From positions 1,341,367 through 1,405,366 of the forward strand of contig JBFLYH010000001.1 of assembly GCA_040756875.1 (NCBI GenBank): a stretch of 64,000 bases of DNA. The letters are read 5' to 3'. This document shows, piece after piece, positions 10,019-19,814 of this stretch. Both the position numbers and the translations under genes were made by a program. The notes below the pieces were generated by a model, which saw only the letters and a list, made by a program, of their open reading frames with translations, searched no databases and was not told the DNA's origin. Position 1 is the stretch's first letter. Every line of letters starts with the position of its first letter. Source of the stretch: a candidate division FCPU426 bacterium (GTDB lineage Bacteria > Oederibacteriota > JAAXVQ01 > JAUVAV01).

Positions 10019-11449
10019 CTAATACCCTAAAATTGAAGTAGAACTACTTTGGAAGTTATCGTCGTCCATCAATAATACACCATCGCCAGCAGGTGGTGTT
10101 TGGTCAAGGGAAATGCCGTCCGACGAACGCACTTCCTTGCGCACGGTCAGGTAAACGTCCATGTTCCCCGATCCCCAAGGTGTTATTTTCAACGGCACAT
10201 AAACATAGACAATAGGATTGGGGGCTGTGGAATTATCCAGCGAAATAGAGGCCGGTACAATCGGTATACCATGTGAGGCGTTCCATAATAAAAAGTAATT
10301 GTTATTCACATAAGCAGGATCCAAAATACCGATGCCGGTCGGAACATTGATGGTAACGGTATAACGGCGAAGCGTGGAATTGTAAATTGCCGAAACCACA
10401 TAAACCCGGGGTATATTTTGCGCTTCACCGGTTTGGGTCATGAATACCGCTGGTTCAGTGTCATCACTGGCTTCGGCATCGCCGTCATCATCACCATCAA
10501 AATAAAAATGATTGGAAAGCCTCGTAGCTGCGCCGCCTGTTGACCTGATGCCGTTTAACCCGCCTTTTAGCTTAAACAGGTATTTGGAACTGGGCTGGAG
10601 ATTATTGAACACCAATTGCAGGGTATCATCCGGATAGGCGGTTGAAAAAACCGATATACTCAGCGGAGTGATTGGGTTGTTGTTGGCATCCGTAAAAACC
10701 ACGTTTGAGTGAAGGGTGTTCGATCCCGTGGAAAAAGTGTTCGGGTCCATGGCAAAATCCGCCGGCACACCGCCGGTGGTGGAGAATTGGACGGTTATCG
10801 TTATATGACTGTATGTGGCGCTGATATAGCCTACATTATCCCCAAAATTGAAACTGGTGCCCGGCGGATTGGCGTTAGAGGCCCAAACGGCCGATAAGAC
10901 GTTGACCGCCTTGTTTTTGCTGGTATAAGTAAAAGCCGGGGTTCCCAAAGAAAGCGAAATATTGTAATTGTCGAATTCCTCGGACTCGGGTATGTTGTTC
11001 CCGTTTCCATCCAACTGGGCGCCAGCCACGCTGTGCACGCTGGTTCGTATTTCCACCCGATAAGCAGTGTTATCCGCCCATACCCCGCCCGTGGTAGGCG
11101 TAAAAACCACGGTCTGGGCTGAAGCGACGTAGCTTAACGTATAATTATTATAAAGAGCTTCCGTGAGGCCGTCTGCCGATAAAGTATAGACCCGAATATT
11201 ATTGGTATTCACCGTGGCCAAGTCCAAGGGAAGGTTGAACCTTACCCGGGCAGTTTCAGACACCGAGGAAGGAATTACACTGCCCGAAAGCGTCGTCGTC
11301 AGTAAAATGGATCCATTTGTATCGCCGGCTGTATTTCGTTTGATTTCCGGGCTCAAAGGCCCAGACACTTGGGCGCAGGAGCTGAGGTACACGGCCGCGC
11401 CGGCCGCCAAACCGACTAGGGCCAAAACCCCCGAGATTCTTTTCAGCAT
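10019..11449 (-). CDS. lipoprotein with N-terminal Big_5/SbsA-type Ig-like domain (paralog B)
   Basis: Signal peptide plus lipobox ...AVYLSSC. The Ig-like region (RVRFNLPLDLATVN...VFTPTTGGVWADNTAYRVEI...LDGNGN) looks like the bacterial Ig-like Big_5 pattern. About 45% identical over its length to 13350..14801. Confidence 0.65.
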   Translation of the reverse strand: MLKRISGVLALVGLAAGAAVYLSSCAQVSGPLSPEIKRNTAGDTNGSILLTTTLSGSVIPSSVSETARVRFNLPLDLATVNTNNIRVYTLSADGLTEALYNNYTLSYVASAQTVVFTPTTGGVWADNTAYRVEIRTSVHSVAGAQLDGNGNNIPESEEFDNYNISLSLGTPAFTYTSKNKAVNVLSAVWASNANPPGTSFNFGDNVGYISATYSHITITVQFSTTGGVPADFAMDPNTFSTGSNTLHSNVVFTDANNNPITPLSISVFSTAYPDDTLQLVFNNLQPSSKYLFKLKGGLNGIRSTGGAATRLSNHFYFDGDDDGDAEASDDTEPAVFMTQTGEAQNIPRVYVVSAIYNSTLRRYTVTINVPTGIGILDPAYVNNNYFLLWNASHGIPIVPASISLDNSTAPNPIVYVYVPLKITPWGSGNMDVYLTVRKEVRSSDGISLDQTPPAGDGVLLMDDDNFQSSSTSILGY

Positions 11450-11470
11450 GAGATCACGCTCCTCAGCATG

Positions 11471-13261
11471 TTAATAATACAAAGTAAAACTGGCGCAATA
11501 CCGCCAGGGCTCGTCCGCAACGCTAAATCCGGTCAGGTCGATCTGCACCTGTTCCCACGGTTTCCAGGTCAGACCATAGGAAAAATCGGTGGAGAAATTG
11601 GTCTCCGCGGATGAACGCTGTTCAGCATGCCAATCTCCGGTCAATGTGCTGAAGGTACTGCTGGTAAGATTGAAATCCTGCCGGCCGTCATCGTACGTGG
11701 TAACATAGGATGGCACCGGGCCTTCCAAAACTTCACCGGTTTCAGTATCGGAGTATTGGTGGATATTGTATTGGGCCCCCACTTGCACTGAAAAATTCTT
11801 GAGAACGTCGATTACGATCGCAAAGGGAAACTGCAGATAATAATCAACGCTCTTGGTTGTAGTCCGGCGTTTTTGATAGGCATTGTAAACCGTGGTGTAG
11901 TTCTGGGTGATATCGCCTTCATCGTGCCTTTGTATCTGCCGGGCCGTTATGGTTTCAGTGCGTTTGGAATCGCTGCCGCTGGCAATGCCATTGACGCCCG
12001 CGCCAATACGCCAGCCGGTGAATGGAAGCTGCGCGCGCAGCCTGGCTTCCGCCCAATTGAAGCCACCCTGCCCTTCATTTTTATGATCCTCAACGTACGA
12101 ATAAGAATCATTAGTAAATACCGGGATTCCGCTGTTGGTATTTAAATACTGGGAATTCTGGTTTGCCTCAGCATGATAGTCGGCGTTTTGCAGGGAGTAA
12201 GCGCTGCTTTCCACATTGATCCAGCCGGTCCAATTCACGCCCAAATAGGCGTAGTCAGCGCGCACCGTGGCATCGACGCCGAACCCGGACCTGGGAAGCG
12301 GGTAAGCACCGTAACCTTCTTCAAACCCGCTTTCCTCGTACTGGGACGAGTATGTGGAAATAATATTAGGATCGCTAGGCGAGTAATCCGCTGCATCTTC
12401 AAACTGGCTTTCAAGCTTGTTGCTGGTGTTTTCCAAATAGGGCCTGACATTGACCAACAAACCCAGACCGGGCATGAAGCCAAACGCATCCTGGGAACGG
12501 GCGGCTAAAATCAAGCTCCAATCCGAATAGCCCCAATTCCAGGAGCCCGAGGATGAAAAATCATAATTCTGCGTTGGCCTGGGATTATTGGGGTCTGAAA
12601 TGTCCACTTCCCTGTAGGTAGCCAGTTGGTCGAAGGCAAAATCCCCCATCCAGAACCAAGGATAAGGATTGTGCGTGGGATTGTTGTCGCTCCAGCTTCC
12701 CCTTACGCCGATGCCCGCATCCAGACCGCCCAATCCCAGGCCATAAGCTGCATATATTTCACCTTCACTATAATTATCCTGGGCTTCGCTGCGGCTATAT
12801 AATTCCTGGCGGGTTTCGATGATATTGTCGCCATTCACGTCAAAATAGAGCCTTTGTTCGCTTTCGCCAAAGCCGTAATGGGAAGTAGAATCATAATAAC
12901 TATAATTCTCCACAGGCGTAGAGTAGCCGTGCCAGTCCACCATAACACCCAGCCTGCCTGGGCCGATCAGGTCCGTGGTGCCACCGGCTTGCCACAGTTG
13001 ATCGTTCGGATTATAGTCGAAAATATAATCATTGCGGCTTCGCAGGTTGGAAAGCTGGCTCCAAATTGCGTTTTTACTGAAACTGGACAAATAAGCCGGG
13101 CTGTCCGTGAATAAATCGTACATGTCCTCGAACATACCGGCCGTAGCCGCATATTGAAAAGACTGGTCCTGGAAAGCGGCGGCGCCGGAAACCAGCAAAC
13201 CGCACGCCAGCCATGCCAGGAAAATCGCTCGCAGGGTTTTCACGTGCCCTCCCTCCTTCAC
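11471..13261 (-). CDS. secreted Gly/Tyr/Trp-rich putative outer-membrane beta-barrel protein of unknown function (paralog B)
   Basis: Signal peptide. Conserved N-terminal block QSFQYAATAGMFEDMYDLFTDSPAYLSSFSKNAIWSQLSNL shared with 14822..16624. Aromatic/Gly-rich alternating segments. C-terminus ends in aromatic residues (...SFTLYY). Confidence 0.6.
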   Translation of the reverse strand: MKEGGHVKTLRAIFLAWLACGLLVSGAAAFQDQSFQYAATAGMFEDMYDLFTDSPAYLSSFSKNAIWSQLSNLRSRNDYIFDYNPNDQLWQAGGTTDLIGPGRLGVMVDWHGYSTPVENYSYYDSTSHYGFGESEQRLYFDVNGDNIIETRQELYSRSEAQDNYSEGEIYAAYGLGLGGLDAGIGVRGSWSDNNPTHNPYPWFWMGDFAFDQLATYREVDISDPNNPRPTQNYDFSSSGSWNWGYSDWSLILAARSQDAFGFMPGLGLLVNVRPYLENTSNKLESQFEDAADYSPSDPNIISTYSSQYEESGFEEGYGAYPLPRSGFGVDATVRADYAYLGVNWTGWINVESSAYSLQNADYHAEANQNSQYLNTNSGIPVFTNDSYSYVEDHKNEGQGGFNWAEARLRAQLPFTGWRIGAGVNGIASGSDSKRTETITARQIQRHDEGDITQNYTTVYNAYQKRRTTTKSVDYYLQFPFAIVIDVLKNFSVQVGAQYNIHQYSDTETGEVLEGPVPSYVTTYDDGRQDFNLTSSTFSTLTGDWHAEQRSSAETNFSTDFSYGLTWKPWEQVQIDLTGFSVADEPWRYCASFTLYY

Positions 13262-13349
13262 GCCTGAATGCGGCGCGGGGTGTGTGGCAATGAATTCAGG
13301 GCATGGTCCCAGCCTGCCGGCAAAGCCGGCAGGCTGGGACCACTAATGC

Positions 13350-14801
13350 TTACTGATGGTTCTCGATCGTCACTGTCGTGGAATAAACGTCCGCAGGAGA
13401 GCCGATGACACCGTCGGCATTGGTATCCATGCCGACTCCCTCTGCAGACTGCACGCCTTTAATAACTACGCGGACAGTGTGGTCATGATTGTTGCTGGAA
13501 TCCTGCGAGAATTTCTCCGGCACCCACACATACACTTCCGGCACTGGCGGAAGGGTGTTATTCAGCTCTATAGAAACCGGCACGATCGGTTTGTCGGGTT
13601 CGTCGCCCGCAACATCCGTATCGTTCTCATCAATTAGAATGATCGTATTGTTATTCACTGTGCTTGGATTCAAGGTTCCGGTGCCAACGCCCGGGGGAAC
13701 CTGGAATTGAATGTACACTCTGCGCAGGGTCGAATTATAAAAAACACCGTTGACTGCCAAACTGGGCATGGCCGAATTGTCCACATTAGCAGTCATGATT
13801 GTAGCGGTTTTCCAATCATCCGACGCCTCGGCGCCATTGGCAAAATTTCCATCAAATAGCAATCCTTTGGTAACTGCCGCATTGGCAGCAGACGAAGTGC
13901 GGATGCCGTTATATCCACCCTTTAAAGTGATGTAATACTTACTGGCTGGTTGCAGGGCCAGTTCAATGGTCAAGGTCTGGTTTTGTGCTCCGCTCAGGGT
14001 CACATTTGCAGGAGTCAAGCGGGTCCCATTCGCGTCTGTAATGTTAATGTTGGGATTAAGGGTTGTCGCATCTTGGAAGACAGATGACTGATCAATTGCA
14101 AAGTTGGGATCTACATACCCGATGTAAGTGAAATCAAATCCAACAGTTATAGTAACATAATTATACACTGCCGCGAGCCCCCCCACATATCCACCGGGAG
14201 TTAAATAAGCCGTGACTGCTCCTGCTGTAACAGTAAGGCTAGAATAGGTTCGTATATATCCTCGAGGATCCACGTAATTTGTCGGTGGGGTTCCGAGAGT
14301 AAATAAAAGATGAGTATTGTCAAAAGTTGGATCTTCCGGAATCCCATTACCATTGCCATCCAGCTGATTGCCAGTCACACTCTGGCAGGCTGTGGTAATT
14401 ACTATATGATAACGCGAGTCATTGGTCCAAACGCCACCATTGGGAGTGATAGTAGCTTGCTGTGCTGCCGCGTTATATGTCACAGTATAGTTTAGAAGGT
14501 TTTCTGATAATCCGTCAGCACTTTGCTGATAAACCAAGATAGTGCTGGCGCTGATGGTCGACGGATTCATTGGTTTCGTGAAAGAAATTTGAGCTGTCTG
14601 TGAAACCGAAATCGGGAGTACTGGCATAGGAGGAGTAGTAACAATTTGTGGCATAGTTTTTTCCGTCGTTGTGCTATTGCTGTTAAGCACCTTCAAATCC
14701 GGATTAAGAGGCCCGGCTTGCTGGGCGCAAGAGCTGAGATACAGGGCCGCACCGGCAGCCAACCCGACTACGGCCAATCCGCTTAGTAGTTTCTTCATCA
14801 T
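13350..14801 (-). CDS. lipoprotein with N-terminal Big_5/SbsA-type Ig-like domain (paralog A)
   Basis: MMKKLLSGLAVVGLAAGAALYLSSC lipobox. Conserved core with 10019..11449 (LDGNGNGIPE, LRRYTVT/LRRVYIQF, KGGxNGIR motifs). Confidence 0.65.
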   Translation of the reverse strand: MMKKLLSGLAVVGLAAGAALYLSSCAQQAGPLNPDLKVLNSNSTTTEKTMPQIVTTPPMPVLPISVSQTAQISFTKPMNPSTISASTILVYQQSADGLSENLLNYTVTYNAAAQQATITPNGGVWTNDSRYHIVITTACQSVTGNQLDGNGNGIPEDPTFDNTHLLFTLGTPPTNYVDPRGYIRTYSSLTVTAGAVTAYLTPGGYVGGLAAVYNYVTITVGFDFTYIGYVDPNFAIDQSSVFQDATTLNPNINITDANGTRLTPANVTLSGAQNQTLTIELALQPASKYYITLKGGYNGIRTSSAANAAVTKGLLFDGNFANGAEASDDWKTATIMTANVDNSAMPSLAVNGVFYNSTLRRVYIQFQVPPGVGTGTLNPSTVNNNTIILIDENDTDVAGDEPDKPIVPVSIELNNTLPPVPEVYVWVPEKFSQDSSNNHDHTVRVVIKGVQSAEGVGMDTNADGVIGSPADVYSTTVTIENHQ

Positions 14802-14821
14802 CGGTTCGCGCTCCTTTCCGA

Positions 14822-16624
14822 TTAGTAGTACAGGTTGATGGAGAACCGGTACAGATACAGGTAGGTGAGGTAAGTCAAATAGGTGAAGTCAACTCGCACC
14901 TGTTCGTACGGCCACCAGGTTACGCCATAGCTGAACTGGTTGTCATGCGTAACGTCATAACGCGACGTCTGGCTCATCTCTGTAAAAGAGGTGTTGCCAG
15001 GACCCGTGGTTGTGACGACGTTCGCATCCGTGGTGCGGACTGTGGTCGCCAGCCGGCGGTCTTTGGTGGTGCTGTTGGTGGTGATGGATTTCATGGTGAT
15101 CTGGTGGTTGACGCCCACCTGCACGTGGAAATTCTTGAGGAACTTGAAGTTGAACGCCACGGGCAGGTCAATGGTGTTGATGACCACGTCGGAAACGCTG
15201 TCAATCTTGTAGCCCGAGGAAGTCGCTTCCGTAAAATCCGTGGTGGGATCGGCAACCGTTTCGTATTCCACGTGGCGGCGGTTGGCCGTTACGTCCACGA
15301 CTCTCGTGGTTTCGAGTTTGGATTGTTCGGAACAGAAAGAAGCGCCCAGCCCGAAGTCAAAACCATCGGTCGGGAAAACGATGCGCGCGCGGGCCAGGAT
15401 CGTGGTCCCGCTGTCACTGCCTTCCCAGGTGCTGGCGGTCTTGGAATTGACCGCATCCGTAACCAGGATGTTCTCCGTGCCGTTGAATTGCGTGGTGCGC
15501 GCTAGCATGTCCGTGGTCGAATCGTTCTTGGAGTCGCCGGTGGCGATCGGAATGCCGACCGTGCCGAATCCGAGCCAGCCGGTGAAGTTGATGCCCGGCT
15601 GAATGACCCAGTCCAGGCGGGCGTCAGCGCCTACGCCAATGCCCGTGCCCGGGAAGTAGTTGTACCCTTCTTCGATACCCACCTTTTTATAGGTGCGGGA
15701 AAAATCCGAATACAGGTTGGGGTCATTCGGGGAGTTGTCATAGCTTTCCTCGTATTTCCAGTCCAGCTTGTTCGACTTGGAAGCCATGATCCCCTTCAAA
15801 TTGGCCGTCAGGTCCATATTGGGCATGAACCCGGGCATGCGCCCGCCGAGGATCAGGGCCCAGCTGCTGGAGCCGTAATCAAGGGTACCGGTGCCTTCGG
15901 CATCGCTGCGGTATTGCAAAATCGGGTTGTTTGGATTGGTGACATCATATTGTTTGTCGGTGGCAATCCAGTCGAAGGACCCGTCGTAGTTGCCGTGGAT
16001 GGTCGCGTGGGTGCCGCTGCTGATGTAATCATCCCAGCTCGGCACATTGGAGTTCCACATGCCACGGATGGCTGCGCCCACTTCCATACCCATGAACCCG
16101 CCCAGGCCGTACGCCGCATAGATATCGCTTTGGGAATTGTTGTTGGTTTCCTCGCTGCGACCGTAGGTTTCCCGGCGAAGGTCAACGACACTGTCGCTGT
16201 CCGTATCGCGGTATTCTATATTTTCATATTCAGCCAGCCCGTTGTACGTGGTGGTCACGTTCCAGGTCCGGGTGGTTTGCGGCGCAACTGACGCCCACCA
16301 GTCGAACATGAGGCCTGCCCGGCCCATGCCCATCATGTCATTTGTGCCGCCGATCAAATACCAGTCATTGCTGGCATTGTTGACAATGCGGTCAACGCGG
16401 TCATGCAGGTTGGAGAGCTGCCCCCAAAAGGCATTTTTCTGGAAAGTAGGAAGATAAGCCGGGCTGTATTTGAACAGATCGTACATTTCCTCGAAGATAC
16501 CGACTGAGGCTGCATTCAGGAAGGATTGGTCAACTGAGGCAAGTGCTGAGGAACTGATAAAACCGGTTAGGAGTACTGCAGCGGATAGAGCTAAAAGCTT
16601 TTTCACGTAGTGTCCTCCTTTCAA
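14822..16624 (-). CDS. secreted putative outer-membrane beta-barrel protein of unknown function (paralog A)
   Basis: Signal peptide. N-terminal QSFLNAASVGIFEEMYDLFKYSPAYLPTFQKNAFWGQLSNL. Same architecture as 11471..13261. C-terminus ...YLTYLTYLYLYRFSINLYY. Confidence 0.6.
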   Translation of the reverse strand: MKGGHYVKKLLALSAAVLLTGFISSSALASVDQSFLNAASVGIFEEMYDLFKYSPAYLPTFQKNAFWGQLSNLHDRVDRIVNNASNDWYLIGGTNDMMGMGRAGLMFDWWASVAPQTTRTWNVTTTYNGLAEYENIEYRDTDSDSVVDLRRETYGRSEETNNNSQSDIYAAYGLGGFMGMEVGAAIRGMWNSNVPSWDDYISSGTHATIHGNYDGSFDWIATDKQYDVTNPNNPILQYRSDAEGTGTLDYGSSSWALILGGRMPGFMPNMDLTANLKGIMASKSNKLDWKYEESYDNSPNDPNLYSDFSRTYKKVGIEEGYNYFPGTGIGVGADARLDWVIQPGINFTGWLGFGTVGIPIATGDSKNDSTTDMLARTTQFNGTENILVTDAVNSKTASTWEGSDSGTTILARARIVFPTDGFDFGLGASFCSEQSKLETTRVVDVTANRRHVEYETVADPTTDFTEATSSGYKIDSVSDVVINTIDLPVAFNFKFLKNFHVQVGVNHQITMKSITTNSTTKDRRLATTVRTTDANVVTTTGPGNTSFTEMSQTSRYDVTHDNQFSYGVTWWPYEQVRVDFTYLTYLTYLYLYRFSINLYY

Positions 16625-16805
16625 GGCTCTATTATGATTTAAGTTGCTATTAAAAACCTTTTGGGAAGCCCCCTCCTCTCATCTTTTTCGATAGGTTGAA
16701 TGGCTGTTGAAACGCAGAGATTCCTTTTTAAGCTAATACCCGAATAATTGCAACCTTTTTTTTACAATTTTTAAAACCTCGTTCTTCGCTTTTGAAATCG
16801 TACGG

Positions 16806-16814
16806 TTGTATAAT
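16806..16814 (+). promoter_or_regulatory. candidate extended -10 element (TGTATAAT) in an AT-rich divergent intergenic region
   Basis: TTGTATAAT at 16806-16814. The track's TTG start for the 16806 ORF is the TTG of this element. The next in-frame ATG is at 16845 with AAAGG 10 nt upstream. No good -35 at the correct spacing. Confidence 0.25.
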
Positions 16815-16844
16815 AAATGCCAAGTCCGCGAAAGGCGCGAGCGC

Positions 16845-17462
16845 ATGCCCCTACTGGCATTTATTCTCGATTTAGGCCGTCAGGCAAGCCGCACCCTGGA
16901 CGCCTGGTTCAAGCCGCGCAGCTTGTTTCAGGAACTGGCTGCAACCCAGGACATGCGGCCTGCCTGGATGACCCTGGCTATTACCTCATTATTATTCTCA
17001 CTATCTACGCTTTTAGCCCGCCTGCACCATGTCCCCGTAACCGCCGAACCTCCGTTTCCCTGTTCTGATTATCGATTATGGCAGGCTTCGGCCATGCCAA
17101 TAATCCTAGCTGCGGGCTGGGGGGGTTGTGCTGTCACGGCTTGGGTTTTAAGCCGCCTCCTGCGAAGCGAAACCGGCCTGGTGCCATTGCTGGCCGTGAG
17201 CGCACCTGCGCTCTTTACGCCCCAATGGCTGACCTGGCCCCTGGAACTGGCGTGGTCCCTGGGTTTGTTTCCCTTGGACGCGCCCGGTTTTCAGGGCCTG
17301 TGGATCAGGAACTTGGCCCCGGCTTTTACCATGTTATATATGCTGGGTTTGCTGTGGGTCGCCTGGTGGCAGGCCTGCCGGCTGCTGCTGCGCGAAGCCT
17401 TTGCCCTGGCAGTCCTCTCCCTGCTCCCTGCCCTGGGGTTGTGGTCATTATTATTAAGGTAA
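16845..17462 (+). CDS. hypothetical polytopic membrane protein
   Basis: Five-plus hydrophobic segments (LAITSLLFSLSTLLARL, IILAAGWGGCAVTAWVLS, LYMLGLLWVAWWQA, LAVLSLLPALGLWSLLL). No recognisable motifs. Start chosen at the first ATG rather than the track's TTG. Confidence 0.4.
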   Translation: MPLLAFILDLGRQASRTLDAWFKPRSLFQELAATQDMRPAWMTLAITSLLFSLSTLLARLHHVPVTAEPPFPCSDYRLWQASAMPIILAAGWGGCAVTAWVLSRLLRSETGLVPLLAVSAPALFTPQWLTWPLELAWSLGLFPLDAPGFQGLWIRNLAPAFTMLYMLGLLWVAWWQACRLLLREAFALAVLSLLPALGLWSLLLR

Positions 17463-17560
17463 CGCGGTTGACATCCCAACCAAATCAGGAGTCAGGAAGA
17501 GGGTGGTAAAAGCCCGGAACGAAGAAACAATGGCAGGCTGACCTTATACTTAGCTTAACT

Positions 17561-18484
17561 TTAAAACTTCACGCTCAAGCTGATGAGGTTTTCGGTTTCG
17601 AAGTCCTCATCTTCCCAAAATTGCGGTTGCAGGGCGTAATCCAGGGACAGATCCGCCTTGCCGGCCTTGAAACGGAACCCAACGCCAAAGGACATGCCCT
17701 GCACGCTGCGGTCCTGCGAATGGGAATAGCCCAGGCGCAAGGCCAGCACCCGGCGGAACCAGTATTCCGAACCCAAATGCAGGGTCCAATTTTCATCCGG
17801 CGCGAGATAAGAAACGTCCGCCGCTGTCCGGAGTTCATGCGGGAGCTGATTGATCAACGCATAACAGACCCCGAACTGGGCGGTCAGGGGCAACGGATCT
17901 TCTTCCGACCGGAATACCACCGGCGTGCCCAAATTGCGGATCACGCCGCCCAGAGTGAGGCCCTCCTGCAAGGCATACTGCGCACCCAGATCAAACGCCA
18001 GGGCCGACGTGTCCACCGGCCCCAGGGTCAGCGCCGCGATTTTGGCATTCAGCCCCACGCTGAGCGCGGAGGAAAAGGCGCGCGCAAACGTCAGCCCGTA
18101 GACCATGTCCTTGACCGGGACCGACGGTTCTCCAGGCACGTTGTTGTCGATGGACGGCTGGCCGCGGTAGAGCGCCTGGATGCCCATGACTCCCAATCCG
18201 GACAGGGGCATGGCCGCTGTCAGCATTTCCGTGGACAATCCTTCCAGCCCGCCCACGTGCATGAACAGAATCTCGATTTTTTCCAAATCATAGAGTCCAG
18301 CCGGATTGACCTCAATGCTGCATAACTCCCCGCTGCTGGCCGCGAAGGCGTTGCCCATGCCGGCCGGGCGGGCGCTGCTGCGTTGCTGCAACACCTGGGC
18401 GCCGCTCAAACCCGGCCCGGCTGCGGCAATCGAGGCCGACCCCAACAAGACGGTGGCGGTTAGAATCAATGCGGTTTTCTTCAT
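17561..18484 (-). CDS. FadL/PorV-family outer-membrane beta-barrel protein
   Basis: Start at internal ATG 18484 with GGGAGG 10 nt upstream. Signal peptide MKKTALILTATVLLGSASIAAA. N-terminal hatch-like motif ARPAGMGNAFAA...NPAG, matching the FadL/TodX/PorV glycine-rich plus NPA signature. Ends ...LSVKF with a terminal Phe. Confidence 0.6.
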   Translation of the reverse strand: MKKTALILTATVLLGSASIAAAGPGLSGAQVLQQRSSARPAGMGNAFAASSGELCSIEVNPAGLYDLEKIEILFMHVGGLEGLSTEMLTAAMPLSGLGVMGIQALYRGQPSIDNNVPGEPSVPVKDMVYGLTFARAFSSALSVGLNAKIAALTLGPVDTSALAFDLGAQYALQEGLTLGGVIRNLGTPVVFRSEEDPLPLTAQFGVCYALINQLPHELRTAADVSYLAPDENWTLHLGSEYWFRRVLALRLGYSHSQDRSVQGMSFGVGFRFKAGKADLSLDYALQPQFWEDEDFETENLISLSVKF

Positions 18485-18524
18485 GAAGCAGAGTCCTCCC
18501 ATGGCAATGGCTGAGTGATTATAG

Positions 18525-19649
<1,125 letters not shown>

Positions 19650-19674
19650 AGCAACGATCGTTTTCCCGGCCAGA

Positions 19675-19712
19675 CCTGCCTTCCGTCCGTAGGAGCACGG
19701 GCGGAAGGCAGG
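19675..19712 (+). other. stable stem-loop (11-bp perfect stem) 25 nt downstream of fba
   Basis: CCTGCCTTCCG-tccgtaggagcacggg-CGGAAGGCAGG. No following U-tract, so it is a weak or partial terminator, or an mRNA-stabilising structure. Confidence 0.35.
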
Positions 19713-19814
19713 GCCGGGCTGAAGGCTACATACTCCCCCGCAGACAACCGAAAATATGTATGGAATGTCCGGGCAGTCCCTGATACCCCGAAGGCTCCAC
19801 AAGCGAGGCCATCC

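Noticed and set aside
16806-16844. TTG start for the membrane-protein ORF at 16806
   Set aside because: The TTG is part of TTGTATAAT, more plausibly a -10 element. First ATG with a weak RBS is at 16845.
17621-18325. 234-aa plus-strand ORF antisense to the FadL/PorV-like gene
   Set aside because: No motifs and Arg/Gly/Gln-rich. The opposite strand has a coherent signal peptide, hatch motif and barrel pattern.
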